Origin: Epiperipatus broadwayi
Lineage: Eukaryota > Animalia > Onychophora
Assembly: GCA_028023455.1 (NCBI GenBank)
Contig: JAQFVV010000010.1
Location: 11,656,001-11,720,000 of the forward strand
Direction: 5' to 3'
DNA: 64,000 nucleotides
The translations under genes and the position numbers were made by a program. The notes under the pieces were generated by a model, which was given only the letters and a program-made list of their open reading frames with translations, was not told where the DNA came from and ran no database searches. Position 1 is the first letter of the stretch; every line of letters starts with the position of its first letter. This document shows positions 1 to 14,359 of this stretch, piece after piece.

Positions 1-72
1 AAAGTTTTTTAATAATTAAAATTTTTGGTCCTATTGCAAAACAATTATAAAGATTATTTACACAATATTTAA

Positions 73-460
73 TAAATAGTCTGAACAGGCACTAACCTGT
101 ATTTAATGTGCTTTAAAACTCGCAATAATCAAGCATATTTTGCCCAAAGAGGGATCTTCCAAACCACAACACAAGATAGCAACTTTTATAAAGATAAGAG
201 CGGCCATCTTATCTTTAACCTAAATGTCCATTTATATAGGCGAATTTGAAGCATCTTGATTTAGAAGTGTGAAGTAGTTGTTTTCTTCACTGTTTAAATC
301 CACATTTCCTTTACAAATTAACTTATGCAAAATCTTGCGATTTATAAAAGTCGCTATCTTGGGTCGTGGTTTGGAAGATCCCTCTATCAGCAAAATATGC
401 TTGATTATTGCAAATTTTAAAGCGCATTGAATACAGATTAGTGCCTGTTCAGACTATTTA
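73..460. mobile_element. MITE / fold-back element with ~120-bp terminal inverted repeats, in an ALKBH6 intron
   Basis: TAAATAGTCTGAACAGGCACTAA at 73 is the reverse complement of TTAGTGCCTGTTCAGACTATTTA ending at 460. Complementarity continues ~120 bp inward. No ORF. Confidence 0.75.
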
Positions 461-553
461 CATAAGCTTTCTGTGCGCTCTATAAATTAATTATTATTCA
501 ATATTTAATAAAATATACAATATTTAGTAATATATCTATATATTTTTATCTAG

Positions 554-658
554 TGGTTAATGAAGCATATGACTCAAATTTTCAATCTCGGTGTATTTCA
601 GGATAAAATGCCCAATCATGTTCTCATAAATGAATATGAACCTGGTCAAGGTATAATG
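554..658 (+). CDS. ALKBH6: ALKBH6-like dioxygenase, internal exon ([35 protein letters not shown])
   Basis: AG acceptor at 552-553 and GTGAGT donor at 659. 105 nt, phase 0. [16 protein letters not shown] is the characteristic ALKBH6 motif. Confidence 0.93.
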
Positions 659-1139
659 GTGAGTTAGTTTATGTATTCTGTTATATATTAGAGCCAGTAT
701 TTATTTTCCTGTAAAAAAAAAAAAATTCAAATGTTTCATCCTAGTATTATTTTTAATTTATTGATAATCCAACTGATGATATAAATAACATCACTATAAC
801 TGTACATCTCTTTGTTCATTTCCTTGCTTTACATCCAGAGAGAAATTAAGCCATATGTAACTAGGCATTCATTTATCTTTATTAGAAATATAATTTTTTT
901 TCTATATTATTTGTGATTATGTTAGAATTAAATCTTTAATAAATTTTCAATATCAAAGCATTAAGTTTTATGCTTTTATCGAAGTTTATAACTTAATGCT
1001 TTGCTATTGTATATTGTCGTTTAACGTTAATCCATAGATAAAAGATGATTTTTCTTCCTTCGCTACTACTGAAAGGGAAGTGTTGTAATAAATTATGTAT
1101 ATAATTTAATTTCATTATTTGCTCTCTTTAACCAGTTCA

Positions 1140-2250
1140 TCAAATCGAAGACTGGTTTCCATGTGGAGACTATTTGTTTCATATGCTAATGCAGAAAATA
1201 AAGCTATCGGAATTTGATCTTCCTAGACACTATTAGAATATCAACAGATTCAGGACAATCCATAGTTGATATGCTCATCCCTTCATAAATAGAATTTATC
1301 GGTTACTGATATATGTAAATGTCGACAAAAGCAAATTATGAAAGATATAGTTAATAACTACAAAATCTATGACTTCGGTGGCAAAATTGAAGAACTTAAT
1401 TAAGTTACTATCGAATCTATTTCATGATTGGAATCTGCATATTTTTTTATATTTTGTTAATAATTAAGCTGTCATAAAAAAAAAAATCCATATGCAAATA
1501 AATAAATAATCTATAATTTAAATAAGTATATAGTGATTGTAATAATGATGGTAAGATTTCGTATGAAAATGTGACTTCTCAATCAAAATTTTTCTTTTCT
1601 TTTTTTGACTGTTTAAAAAGTGGAAGTATTATTAAATGGAATAGTAGTGGAAGAATAGTGATATGAAGAGTTAAAGTTTCTTATATTGAGTCATAATACA
1701 ATCTGTTACATTGGTGTTTGAATGTTATAATGTTTCCTAAATAACTATCCTTATGATTATTTTTGTATCATTTTTTTTTTTTTCAAATTTAAAAGTCACC
1801 CTTTATTTATTAATTATTATTTTCTTACTATTTCAGTTTCTGTTTCTAAGTTGTTGTTTTTTAAAACTAATTTTTAAACGAGCAATGCATTTTCTAACCA
1901 AAGTATATTGGTTGTATTTGGTTAGCATTCATATCTAGAGTGGAATTTAGATTTTTTTAATTATTTTTTTTACAGATAGTTGAATAATACCTGAACAAAT
2001 TCAAGATATTTCAAATATCTGTTAATAGCCACCCTAGCTACCAATTTAATGTTAATCAATAAATATAAATTTTTGCAGAGATTATAAAAGTTTCAGAAAA
2101 ATCTCGGCTAATCAAATGATTGTCAAATCTTTCATCACTGGCGAGGGAATATCATACACCTGTAAACTGAGCCTGCAATTCACTCTTATTTCTTTACATA
2201 ATAATTTAGATTTCGGTTTACAACAACTTTATTATGTCTCTGATACCATG
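1140..2250 (-). mobile_element. Possible decayed Ty1/Copia 5' fragment (PBS plus gag-like remnant)
   Basis: Minus strand reads CA|TGGTATCAGAG (2250-2238), an LTR-end CA followed by a tRNA-iMet PBS. It is followed by NLNYYVKNKSELQAQFTGV*Y, which resembles a Copia gag N-terminus. No LTR pair found. Confidence 0.35.
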
Positions 2251-4546
2251 CCTGCTTTAAAATAAGTGTGCAAAACTTAAGTTTTGTTTTTTCTGTTAAT
2301 AGCATTGTCAAATAAATTAATCATTGCTTATTATCTTTAGATTGCAAATTTTGGCTTCAAGTATTCTTTTTTTATATATCCAATTATCAACATATAGTTA
2401 AAGTTGATTGCTGTGTTGATTCTTTGGATAATGTCTTAAATAATTTTAGTATTTGCAAAAAATGTTTACATTTTTTTATCTTGCTTACTAAATTCGATCT
2501 TCTAAGAATGGCACTGTAAACTGTTAAAACAATATTTTTCATGTAAGCTTAAATAAAGCTTTTATTAGTTTTCTGTCACAATGATGGAAAGCTACACTAT
2601 TCCATCAGTAGTTAATGGTTTCGTTCTTGGAATCTGAGCTGAAAATGTGTTAATTATAAATTAAAAAATGTGTAATCTGAATAATTTTCTGTTTATAACT
2701 GTTTCGATTTTACTAAGTTTCTATTATTAAAAATAGATTTTTTTTTTAAAAGTAAAGCAAGAGAAAGAAATATTAATATCTTTTATTTAATTCCAGAGTC
2801 ACAATATAAGCAATGTATAACATAAATGGATACAAAACTAAAAAGTCTTTTTCTAATATGAGGCATTGAATTTACACTGCATCTTATTATCTTCTATCAG
2901 AAGTGGACATTTAATTACAAGTCTTTTTGCACATTCATTTAATGTTTGCTAGGGTTATTTATTTCATAGACTGTGGCTTTTGGAGTTGGGAGAAAAATGT
3001 TACAAGTGTCTCAGTAATGCAAGCTAAAGATGAAATATTAGTGAAAACTTGATAGCGAGATATTAGTAAATGAAATAGTTGATACAAGAATACTATTACA
3101 TCATTTGTAAATTAAAATTAGTTCACTATAATAATCTTCTGATGCTTCCTGTTTTTAATACATAGATTTTATAATATTTGCTTCCAGTTAAATTCCTTCA
3201 TTTTAAGAGTATTATTAAAATTTGAAAAAATTATTAGACAACCTTATAATGCTTTTGAATTATTAATTTTAAAAAAAAAGAAAGAAAAAAAAAATTTACA
3301 AATTATATTTTAAATTGGATCTCTAATCATTATCTTTATTTTTATAAAAGTTTTCTTTTTATATAATTCCAAAATTGTATGCATCAACACATCTACTCAA
3401 CTTTGTAATAGATAGCTTGAGTAGAGAGAGCAGATATGCTCTTGTTAACATAATAAGCTTTGAGATTCATAAGACGTGTTAATTAGAGCAAAATTGAGGC
3501 TATTAAAATGTATACTTATCGACCTGGCATTAGAACTACGCAACAATAAAGTAAGTTGGCTTGGATTTAAAATCTTAGGATTTTTTAAATTTTAAGATAA
3601 AATTTTTTTAAAAAAATTTGTAAATGGCTGCCAGATACACTGGTTCCAGCTTTAAATCCCACATTCTCATTGATAAAGACAAAAGTCAGTCTTATGATTG
3701 GAAATTGAATTACTGTGCCACATCTGGTAATCATTTGCAATAAGTGATAGTAGAGAAGAGATTAGAAATGCTTTTAGTTTTTTTATATATATGTAAACTA
3801 TATGTTTGAAAATGTTGTTACTAAAGTATTCAATCATTTTTATATATACATTTCATTTGTATATATATATCTGTGACTATATGTATGGTATTTTTTTTAT
3901 TACTAAATCATTTCATTACTGGCTTCTTTATCAAGCAAACATTTTTAGTAAAATTACTATCATTTGAAATATTTACATTGCATTTTTTTATTTTACTTTA
4001 AATAATTTGAAATATTTTTAAATGATAAATACTAACGATCAAAACTTTTGATTGTACTGCAAATTTTGAAGGATCTATGTATCCCTTAATTTATGTAATT
4101 AGTCTATTCTACGACTTTGCGTAAATCGAATTTTGCATAAGTTGGTACCATTACCTAAAGTACAGAATATATAAAAATATTTTAATAAATGGAAAAATCA
4201 CTACATTATATCTCAAGAAATGTTCATATAACTTGAGACACAGAATAAAGAACTGCATTAACTTATAGATCAATTTTTCATATGATTTGTGTTTTATATA
4301 TTTTAGACATTGTTTGTGTAAGTTCAATTCTATGTAAATCAGAGACTTCTCCCACTCTCAAAGCTTGTATTGGAAAATTAAAGAGATATATAAAGAAATT
4401 GTATATCATTAGATTATTCGTTTTATTTTCAGTGTTTATTTTTATCAGTATTTTGAATATTATCATTAATTTTTAATATTGCCAAATAAAAAATAATTGT
4501 ACTATTTGATTACTTGATATTATAAAATTACCTGCTTTTACTTTAG

Positions 4547-4753
<207 letters not shown>

Positions 4754-5132
4754 TAAAAAAAAGATACAGCAATAATACATTCCAAAGATTTATGTCTTTA
4801 CTATTTATTACACATGATATTGCTGCATGATCTGGAGCCGGACTAAAATGGCTGATTCTGGAGTTTAGGTTGTATGGATTGTCTCCAGCTTTGACACTTC
4901 TGTACTCAAACTTGTAACGAATTCCGAGTAATAAAATCATTTGATTATTATTATTTTTTTATGAGTAAAAATGTTACAAAATAAATTTTAATAATTACTA
5001 GTACAATCTTTTAAAAATATTTTGCACTTTTTACAGAGGAATTTTGTTATCTTGCACACATATCTATATGTGGATGCTTATGTTTTTGTATAATCAACAC
5101 TAAAAAATTAAAGAAATCCATGTTTTTTATTA

Positions 5133-5244
5133 TTTTGATCGACCAGCAATCTTCTTCAGAGCTAACGAAAACCAACATGGAGGAAGTGCGTGTTAGTATT
5201 AGTTAGCTATGAAGAAGATTACTGTTTGATCGAAATTGTCAAGG
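5133..5244. repeat. Divergent inverted pair of Penelope-type minimal hammerhead vestiges
   Basis: Minus strand CTGAAGAAGATTGCTGGTCGATCAAAA and plus strand ATGAAGAAGATTACTGTTTGATCGAAA. Both resemble the motif at 8125, and each has one core substitution. Confidence 0.55.
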
Positions 5245-5879
5245 TGATTAATTTTAATAAAATAAGCATTGTAAAAGTAATAAGAAAGGTGGGTATCTTT
5301 AATTTTTTTATAATTTTATCAACGCATAAAGAAGGCTAGATTGATAATATACTTCATGAAGAAAATATAATAAACACAATAATAACAGTGTCTTGGAAAT
5401 TAGAAGCCTAGGATATATATAAAAATAGTATAAAAATTTATTGGAGAATATTGCAGTGCAGAATACATTTGTAATCTGATAAATATAAAATAGTCTTTAA
5501 AAAGCTGTAAAACAAAAAAAATTGAAAGTTTTTTTTTCCTTTTGGTTTACCTTGTAGATAAAAATAACCAGATATTCAATTGCCAACCAGCAAATGGATG
5601 CCTAGCTAATTTGCTATGTTCAAATTTTTAATAAATATATTTTAAAAAAATAACCCTTGCTTCTATTTAACATAGACCCAATGAGACTAAAAAGGTCTCA
5701 ATACATATATAGTTAAATAAATAAAGATAAATCATAATAAATAGTTCACTGCAGGATAAAAGACTTCTTTATTATTTCTTTACAGAAAATAGTGAAGAAG
5801 ACAACACTCATATCAGTCTAGATAAACGATAGATTATAAAGGCATATAATTTCTTTCTTTTGTTTTTAATTCTGGCTAA

Positions 5880-7260
5880 AAAATTAGAGAACCATTTTTA
5901 ATCAATAATTGACTGAAAGAAAAATTCTAAAATTTTGTTGTAGCTTGAAAAATAATCTTCAAATTTCAAATTCAATTCAATTTCAGGATGTTAAATGTAG
6001 TAGGCTCTATACTGAGGCCCTTCATATATATATTAAACATTGTCTCTTGAACACATATTTTGTATACAATGTACAACATTACAGACAAGTTTTTGGTACT
6101 CCTATGGGCTCACCTATCTCAGGAGTAATAGCTGATTTATTCATGGAAAATATAAAAACTTGTGCTTTAGAATCATCATCTTTAAAACCTCTCATTGGGC
6201 TCAGGTACATAGATGACATTTTTGTCATTTGGTAACATGGAAAAAATAAATTAGATGATTTTTTCATACATTTAAATATACATCCTCATATTAAATTTAC
6301 AATGGAGACAGAGTCTGATGGAAAACTTCCTTTTTTGTTCTAGTCACCAGAACACCAAATAGTTTATCTTTTTCAATTTACAGAAAGACAACGGACAGAT
6401 ATTTACATTCTCATCATCATCCAACTCAGATAGTTTCTCTAGCCAAAACTCTTTTAAATAGAGCAATTAATCTTTCAGATAATTCACACCTGAAAGAAGA
6501 AATAAATCATATTAATAGTGTTTTATTAGCAAATAGTTATAATTATAAATTTATAAAAAAAAAAGCCTTATTTCAAGCCCAAAATGGATAAAATAGGAAA
6601 CAAAAAGATGATAAATCAGCTATTAGGATTTGTGTTCCATATGTAAAAGGAACTACAGGCAGCATTGGACATATATTAAAATGCTATAATATAGATACAG
6701 CATTTTCTACTCATCAAAAGATCAGCAATATAATAACCAAGCCTAAGGATTCAATCCCTCTTGAATCTCATGTGAAAATTGTAATGCTTCTTACATAGGT
6801 ATGAATAATCGTCGCATCAGTGGTAGGAGAGATGAGCATGCTAATGCAGTTAAACAACACTCATCATCATCAGCACTCTCACTCCATACTATAGATTCCA
6901 GTCATAAAATTGATTTTTTTAGTACCAGGATCATATCCAGATGTGATAATCTCTACCAGTGCAAAATTAGAGAAGCCATTGAGATACTTAAAAGGCCATG
7001 TTGTATCAATAAGTGAGATGATACATGCAAATTTCCTTCTCTTTGGAAAGATTTTTTTAAAAAACATTCTTAATTTAACATTTTTGCTATTGGTGGAACT
7101 TTAATGTTTTTTTCAAATCAGTGATTGTAGCGCCTCTACAACCATCTTTCTACCTTTTATCACCCAGTGGATGACTTGTGTGATCAAGTCGAAACGTCGA
7201 TATATCAATATTTAAATTTTTTAACATGGATGAACCCGCAAAATATGTCTTTTATATATA
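5880..7260 (+). mobile_element. Decayed Penelope-like element (RT plus GIY-YIG endonuclease)
   Basis: RT motifs GTPMGSPISGVIADLFME, RYIDDIFVIW and HPHIKFTMETE. GIY-YIG C-half YIGMNNRRISGRRDEH...REAIEI. Contains stops and frameshifts. A terminal-repeat-like HHR vestige lies at 7161-7198. Confidence 0.9.
7161..7198 (+). ncRNA. Vestigial minimal hammerhead at the Penelope 3' end
   Basis: Perfect helix II GACTTG/CAAGTC, then GAAA, palindromic helix III ACGT and a GTC site. The CUGANGA box is mutated (CAGTGGAT). Confidence 0.55.
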
Positions 7261-8016
7261 TTGTAAAACTATTTGAGAGAATGCAAAAACAAATAAATAA
7301 TCTCACAATTTTCAATTGCTTAATCAAGATTTTTTTTCGCTTACAAAAGGAACAACCTTTTTTCTCAATCTGTAAAGTTCTTAAATATCAACATGTGTGG
7401 GTGAACTGATAAAATAAGCATGGTCATTGATTTCATATCAAAATTTTTTGCCCTATTATAAAAATATTTTTATTAAATTTTTAGACATATTAGTCTAAAG
7501 TAGCTTTAAATTATATCCTAGGTGTTAAGTAATTTTTTTGAAAAGGAATTATTTCAAAGCACCATCTTCAAATAATAATCCTGCACAGGAGACAATGGAT
7601 ATTTATAAGTAAAATAAAAGTCCGTTCCACACCTATTAATTTTCAAACAAAAAAAAAATCATACTAAACTGTGATAATGATCAAAATGTTTACTCTCTCT
7701 TATTTATTATCTGATAAAAATTCTGAACCTGTTAACAAAAAAATAAAAATTTCTATTAAAGCTTGTCTCATAGCAAATCTTAATATTTCTAATATTAATC
7801 AGTTCTGATGGTTTTCCTAATATGCTAAATAAAACCTAGACAAACTGTAAGAACAATGCAACTTTAATCATCTAGAACTATATGATAGCTCAATGTCAAA
7901 AAGAATTTTGGACAGGTCTATTTTTTGCTGTAATTCTTTCTTAGATGAATCAATGTATTTGTGATCTGCTTCAAGAAGTATAATAACTAATCTTTCTTAT
8001 TGAAATTGCCAAATGT

Positions 8017-8227
8017 ATATCATATAATACTAAATCATCCATGCACTCACTACTGTTACACAATGCTTTATTCACCACCCTCTTTTACAGTTTACAGCAG
8101 TTGAAGTTAGGAGATATAAAAGTTCTGAAGAAGATTGCTGGGGCAATCGAAACTGTAAAAGAGCGTGGTGAATAAAGCATTGTGTAACAGTAGTCAAGTG
8201 CATGGATGATTTAGTATTATATGATAT
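8017..8227. repeat. Fold-back (~77-bp arms) enclosing a Penelope-type hammerhead core
   Basis: 8017-8093 is the near-exact reverse complement of 8150-8227. The core CTGAAGA-A-GATTGC-TGGG-GCAATC-GAAA lies at 8125-8152. Confidence 0.8.
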
Positions 8228-9118
8228 TTATGGTCTGCTTGGCTTAATGCACTGTTAGCGCATCAGTCTCTGAAACACAAGGTCTCAGATCACTTGTGGC
8301 ACTCAAATTTCTTACGAACTTTCAAGAAACAAAACCATCTGATTGTTTATTTATTTATTTAACGTATAAGTGTTTGGAGGCACAGAATAAGAAAAGCTTA
8401 ACAGTGAGTAGTATTAATCTTAGCATGCTTTCAATACCCTTGTCGATAATCTCATAATCATAGCAATGAAAGCATGCTAAGTATACCATGTTAATACTAT
8501 TCACTGTTAAGCTTTTCTTACTCAGAGCTTCTAAGCATCTAAATATCAATTACAATTGCTTAAGAAAAGTAAAAGCAACTTATTATAGAATTATTTATTT
8601 AATGTGTTCATATTATTATGTACAGACAGTTTTGGTTTACTAGAATAATAAAATCTCACAAATGCTATTAATTTTGTGAATGCTTACAAAAAGTTTCTTT
8701 GAGCAATTGTTTATAACATAGACGACTTGAAAGCAGAAAGAAAAAGTTTCTTTGAGCATGAAGATTAAAGTTTAATCTATACTCCAATAAAGTTTGATGC
8801 TAAAATATTCAAAAAGCCCTGTCTGCTTTCATGCATGATATTTATTTAACTATTTAAAACTTGTTTTTAAAACTTTTAGGTGTTAAAATCTTAGTCATTT
8901 ACTTTACTCCACATAATTATATATCACCTAGTGAGAATAATATATATATATGTATTTTAAAAAAACAATAAAAGATTTGGTATTAACAGGTTACATTATG
9001 GGAAATACTTTTATATACCTTTATATTTAAACACATATATCAAAATGTATATTGTATTCTTAGAATGTATTTTAAAAAATGTATTTAAACTAAAAAAATT
9101 TTACTATTATGATTTCAG

Positions 9119-9382
9119 CAATCTTTCAATGATCGCCATATGTATTCTTTGCTTCTGGAACCAAAGAGCTTACTTATTTTGAGAGATTCTATGTATTGTG
9201 ATTATCTTCATGGAATTCAGGAGATAACTGAGGACTGTATTTCTGAAAAAATAATTAATCTTCAACAAAGTCAATTTTCTGGATATCAATTTGGACAGAA
9301 GTTAGAACGAAAAACAAGAATTTCTCTCACTATTCGGCATGTACCTAAATTACTGAAAGTCAAATTAAAACTGGGAAGATAA
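9119..9382 (+). CDS. ALKBH6: ALKBH6-like dioxygenase, last coding exon (QSFNDRHMYSLLLEPKSLLILRD...YLHGI...RISLTIR...KLGR*)
   Basis: TTTCAG acceptor at 9113-9118 and TAA stop ending at 9382. Contains the distal His (YLHGI) and the RxxxxxR 2OG-binding motif (RISLTIR). Upstream exons lie outside the window. Confidence 0.93.
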   Translation, partial: QSFNDRHMYSLLLEPKSLLILRDSMYCDYLHGIQEITEDCISEKIINLQQSQFSGYQFGQKLERKTRISLTIRHVPKLLKVKLKLGR

Positions 9383-10039
9383 TTTTTATAATTTGTTTTA
9401 AATGATTTTAATAATTTTTTTAAATCCCTAGATTAGTAAAATGAAAAATAATTTTGATCAAGACATTTCTTTCCCATTAAAAAAAGTTCATTTTTTAAAA
9501 TTATGCACACTAAAATAATAATATAATTTGTAAATGTGGTTGTTCTCACACACTTATAAAAACAGATATAATAATTATATTTTTTCTATTACTATATGAC
9601 TTATAACAAATGAATTTTTATCAAGTAACTGTGGTCTAAGTCAGAAATTTGATTAATTATCTGATTTATGATTGGAATACCTGAACCAGTTGGCATTGTG
9701 AACATTATGTATTTGAAAGGGAAAATGATTGGAATGAATGAATTTAATAATAGAAATAAAAATTGTGAAGATTTTTATTTATTATCATTTGGAGAGAAGT
9801 AAAGATAATAAATAGTTACCAAAAAAAAAACTTTGCATAATATTAATGAAGTAATAGCAAAACCCAAATACCCAACTTAACTAATAAGACAAAAGCAGCT
9901 CTCCATCTGGTGTCAGCTAAAGTAATTAGTGATTTCCAGATAAATATAAAATTCCTATTCTTAATATTTCAATCCCATTCTCAGATCGTTTTCTAATTTT
10001 TGCTTTTATCAATAAAGCATGGGATTCAAAATTGGAAGG

Positions 10040-10546
10040 AATGTATATATTCATTCAGCAGATAACTTTTTAACTCTACTTTACTTGCTAAGGTTAAGAC
10101 TTGAAATTCATATCAGCCTAAAGTTTTGAACTCAAATCAATTTGCTTGAACATTTATATAGATCAAAACCAGTGCAGCAACTATATATTCTAATATCTTT
10201 AGTTCTTCATTAACCAAAGACACCTTAATCCCAGGCCTTATTCATAGAGGCAAAAGTTAGAACCTGGTTTGAGGATAGAGATTTAATTACTAAAGATAGG
10301 AATTTTATATGGCAGTAAAGTGGAAAACTACTTTTATCTTATTGGTTAAGCTGGATATTTGGTACTTTATTATTATATTCCTGGTTACATAAATAAGATG
10401 CCTACAGTTAATGAAGAACTGAATTACTACCATATTTATTGAAATGGTTTCAGTTCTATATAACTTTAAGTAGATTGATGAGTTCAAAACCTTAGGCTGA
10501 TTTAACTTTGAAGTTAGAAGTGGTTACTGAATGTATATATGAATTG
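10040..10546. mobile_element. Degenerate MITE-like inverted repeat
   Basis: TCAGCCTAAAGTTTTGAACTC (~10113) pairs with GAGTTCAAAACCTTAGGCTGA (~10481). Weaker outer complementarity. Confidence 0.35.
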
Positions 10547-12723
10547 TTTTCTACTTGGAATCTCAGGTCTTTATTTATAAAGACAAAATTCAGAAATTGA
10601 TCTAATACCTTCACATACTAAATGTAAGAATTTTAAATGTATCTCGTAATTACTGTTTACTTTAGCTTGCACTAGATGGCAATAAAGTAGAGAGTTTGCT
10701 TTTGTTTTATTTATGAAATGGTAGTTTGAAAGAACTAACTCCTCAACAAAATAATCTGACTGCAAAAATGCATTTTTGATTATAGTTTAAAATTAAAACT
10801 GCATTTAAGTCAATTTTTTAAGGTAAAAATATAACTTGAAAATCATTAGTACTTGAAATAATAAGATTACATATATGGGTCTGTGTTAATTTACAGCTTT
10901 AGAATATATATATATTCTGAAACTGTAAATTAATACTTTAACCATATATATATTGTAAAGTCTGATTTAAAAAATCTATTTTGTAGCATAAAGAAATATT
11001 AAGAAAGAAGACATTACTTAATAAACTAGTCAAACTGATGGTTGAAAATATATATATATATTTTTTTTTGTTATATTTTTTTCATTTTACTTTTTAACTA
11101 AAAACATCTAAATAAGTATTTATTAGCAATAATTAGATAGCCAGCTAGGTTGTCCATCAGCCATTTATCTTACAAATGACTTAACTTGTGTGGAAATTTT
11201 TCCTGCTTGAAAAATGTTCAAATTTCACTTGCAGATTGTGAATATAGCTATCAGATTTTAATTAACAATTAGACAAATAAAATCTTATGTTTATCTATAT
11301 ATTGTAATAAGATGACTGACCAAAGAGTGCAGATACAAAAGAAACATTACAATCAAGCCCACCATGTTGATTGCCAAAAAATCAACTATGTAACATGAAG
11401 ACTGAAAATGCGGTGCAGAGTCATTCAACGGTGCTGGACCACAGGAACAAAGAACAGGGCACACTGGCACCATAATACCTATGGATATTCCACAGAGTAT
11501 GAGCCCTCTTATAGACAACATAATATTTAATTATAATTACTAAAATACCAGGTTCTTCTTACAATTTTTAAAATCTCATATCAGGTTCTAAAATATGTCA
11601 ATTATTCAAGTTGTACTATAAACATTTTATATTTTATCTTTAAAATATATTATTAACTCTGCTACAACTTGAATTAGATTGTGAGCATTGAGCATATTTA
11701 TTTGCTCGCCTCATCATAGGTGTCAATATCATTTTCATGTTATTTTGTATAATACTTTTTCTATCTTTGTAAATCTATAAAGTGTCTCTACACTGATTTT
11801 CAAACCTAGTTTAGTTACTTAAAGTGTATAATATCTTACTGATGTCCTGAATATAGGCATATGGCTGTGTATTGTTTTACTCTGTGTGTATATTTAAAGA
11901 AAGACCCATAAAAATGCCAGCTCTTGGGTGATGGTAATTGCTTGTAATTCTTTAGGAATGTTTTATGGAAAGAGATATTTCTGTGTGTAAAGTTTTTTAA
12001 TATTTAGTCTAATTTAAGAAATTTTAAAAATGATGCTTATTGTAAATAAACATTTTATTGTATAAATATTATCATATGCTGTAAATAAATATTTTTGCTA
12101 TTAATTAAATACGTTTTTGTTTCATTGCCATTATTACACTATCACCTTCATTACTCAGAAAATCTTATTTAATAAAATTTTATTAGTAATTATTTTAAAG
12201 AGTACTTTTCAATGATCACATAGAATTTATTTATTTACTTTTCTTGTTGTTCATTTTACCTGCATTATAATAAGATAAATACTATGTTTATTTGCTTTTT
12301 ATTCTCAAATGCTCTTGTAATGTACTGGTAGCATAAAATATACCCTTCCTACCTACTGCATTATCCCATGTGGATACTTTTAGAAATATTCATAGGTGGT
12401 AGAAATGAAATAGTTACACTTGAAGAACTTTAAAATATTTAGAAATATCTAATCATATGTTATTTAAGTATTTAAATACTTCATTATTGTGTATTCACAT
12501 TTCTGCCTACTTAAAGAACAAATGTTTAATGACAAAACTAAATCTATGTGCATAAATGGTTAAACAATGATAGTTATTAATTAATCATGGTAATAAATAA
12601 GATGCTGGTATAATACCAGCATATAATCAATTTAATGACTTTAAAGGGAAGGATTTTTATTATTTTATAATGGATTTTTAGCATGGTAACATATGGGGAT
12701 CATATATTTCTATATTTAATGTT

Positions 12724-13345
12724 ACTGAAATTAAATTGAGAGACTGGAAATCTCACTGCGCTCGTTATAATGCTTATCTGACAGCCAATCAGATGTTCTG
12801 ATGCTGTGCGAATGACAAACCGTAAACACATGACAAAGAATTTACGAGAAGAAAAGTAAAGAAAAGGGTGGCCGCCCTTTTCCCGTAAATTCTTTGTCAT
12901 GTGTTTATGGTTTGATTGTCATTCGCACAGCCATTGTAACATCTGATTGGCTGTCAGATAGTGCAGTGAGATTTCCAGTCTCTCAATTTAATTTCAGTTT
13001 CATTTATCTGCACTTCGCAAATTAAAATATTATTTACATACTTTGTTGCTGGTTATATAATCTAAAAACTACTGCATAGTAAATTGTAGAATTTCACGCT
13101 GTGTTTATAATTTAGACTCAGTGAGTTAATTGTGAAGATATTTAAAGCTTCATGCTTTCAAACCTAAATACTTTCGACTGGCTTAGATATATAGAAAGAA
13201 ACGTAGGGATAAGAGTGGCCGCCCTTTTCTTGTAAAATCTTTGTCGTGTGTTTATGGTTTGATTATAATGAGCACAGTGAGATTTTCAGTCTCAATTTAA
13301 TTTCAGTTTTATTTATTTGCGCTTCACAAATTAAAATATTTACAT
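12724..13345. repeat. Fold-back element (~130-bp arms, 12724-12998) plus a direct partial copy of its right arm (13214-13345)
   Basis: ACTGAAATTAAATTGAGAGACTGGAAATCTCACTGC pairs with GCAGTGAGATTTCCAGTCTCTCAATTTAATTTCAGT. The inner arms CTGACAGCCAATCAGATG and ACACATGACAAAGAATTTACG also pair. Confidence 0.75.
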
Positions 13346-14359
13346 ATTTAATGTTAATGAGGTTGTAATATTTATGGTCATTTGACTGTATTCCCATACT
13401 GTGTACTTAATGATAATATAGTGTCTCTAAGTTCTTCTACTTTATTGGCTTCCATATTACTTCATCAGCTATTCCTCAAATACTAGAGATACCAGTTGAC
13501 TAGAGTAAACTCTGTTTTTAAATGGGCACATAAAACCAATGGACATAAGGTACTGAAGACACTTTGTTTTTGAACCTGGATTGTGCTTAGGCAAATGGGA
13601 TCCTTTCTCTAATAAGTAATTAGAAGTGAAGCAGCTATCCATCAATCAAATTGATGAAATGATGAAGACATTACTATACTGAAGACACATTTAAATATAT
13701 ATATATATACACACTAAGTACCATGCTTAATTTTACCCCTTTTTTAATAATTATGCCTGTTGATATATGCACTATGTGTGTACTATGCAGTTTCATTGTT
13801 CAACATCCATTAGGGGTTATAGATAAATATATATTTTAGCATAAATGAGGCTATGTTTAAGTCAGCCTCCAGCTTGTTTAGCTAATTAAGGAATACTAAC
13901 CTTACTTTTGTTCATGCACCATAGATTGATTTCCGCAATTCTTTCTATCTAATCATATTCATCCCTTTGTTTAATAATGTATACCAAATTCAAAAATTGT
14001 AAGCTACAATTGCATCTTATGTATGCACATGGGTACTTTCTCAAATTATTTGTAAATAATTACATCAAATAAAATATAGACATTCTTATACTAACAATAA
14101 ACTATAATTTACATTAGTAACAAGATGTAGATGTCCATTATGTATTAAAACCTGGCCATTACATGTTAGGATTCATAAGAGTCTTATCTCTATCTGACCA
14201 ACAGGCTGCATCAAGAAAATTAACACTTGTGAGGTTAAGGGAGTGAGTCACTTAGATATGATATAGAGGGGTGGGTGAGGTTCGAACCCACTTTACCTAT
14301 GTCTCTGGGTCAGGTTAAAGCAACTATACTTTCTGACTGTTACAATACATTATAACTGC

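Noticed and set aside
11291-11521. GC-richer patch with a 76-aa minus-strand ORF
   Set aside because: No recognisable motif on either strand. Probably TE debris or UTR.
14230-14345. tRNA-like GGTTCGAACCC B box
   Set aside because: No cloverleaf and a single copy. At most a SINE fragment of undetermined strand.
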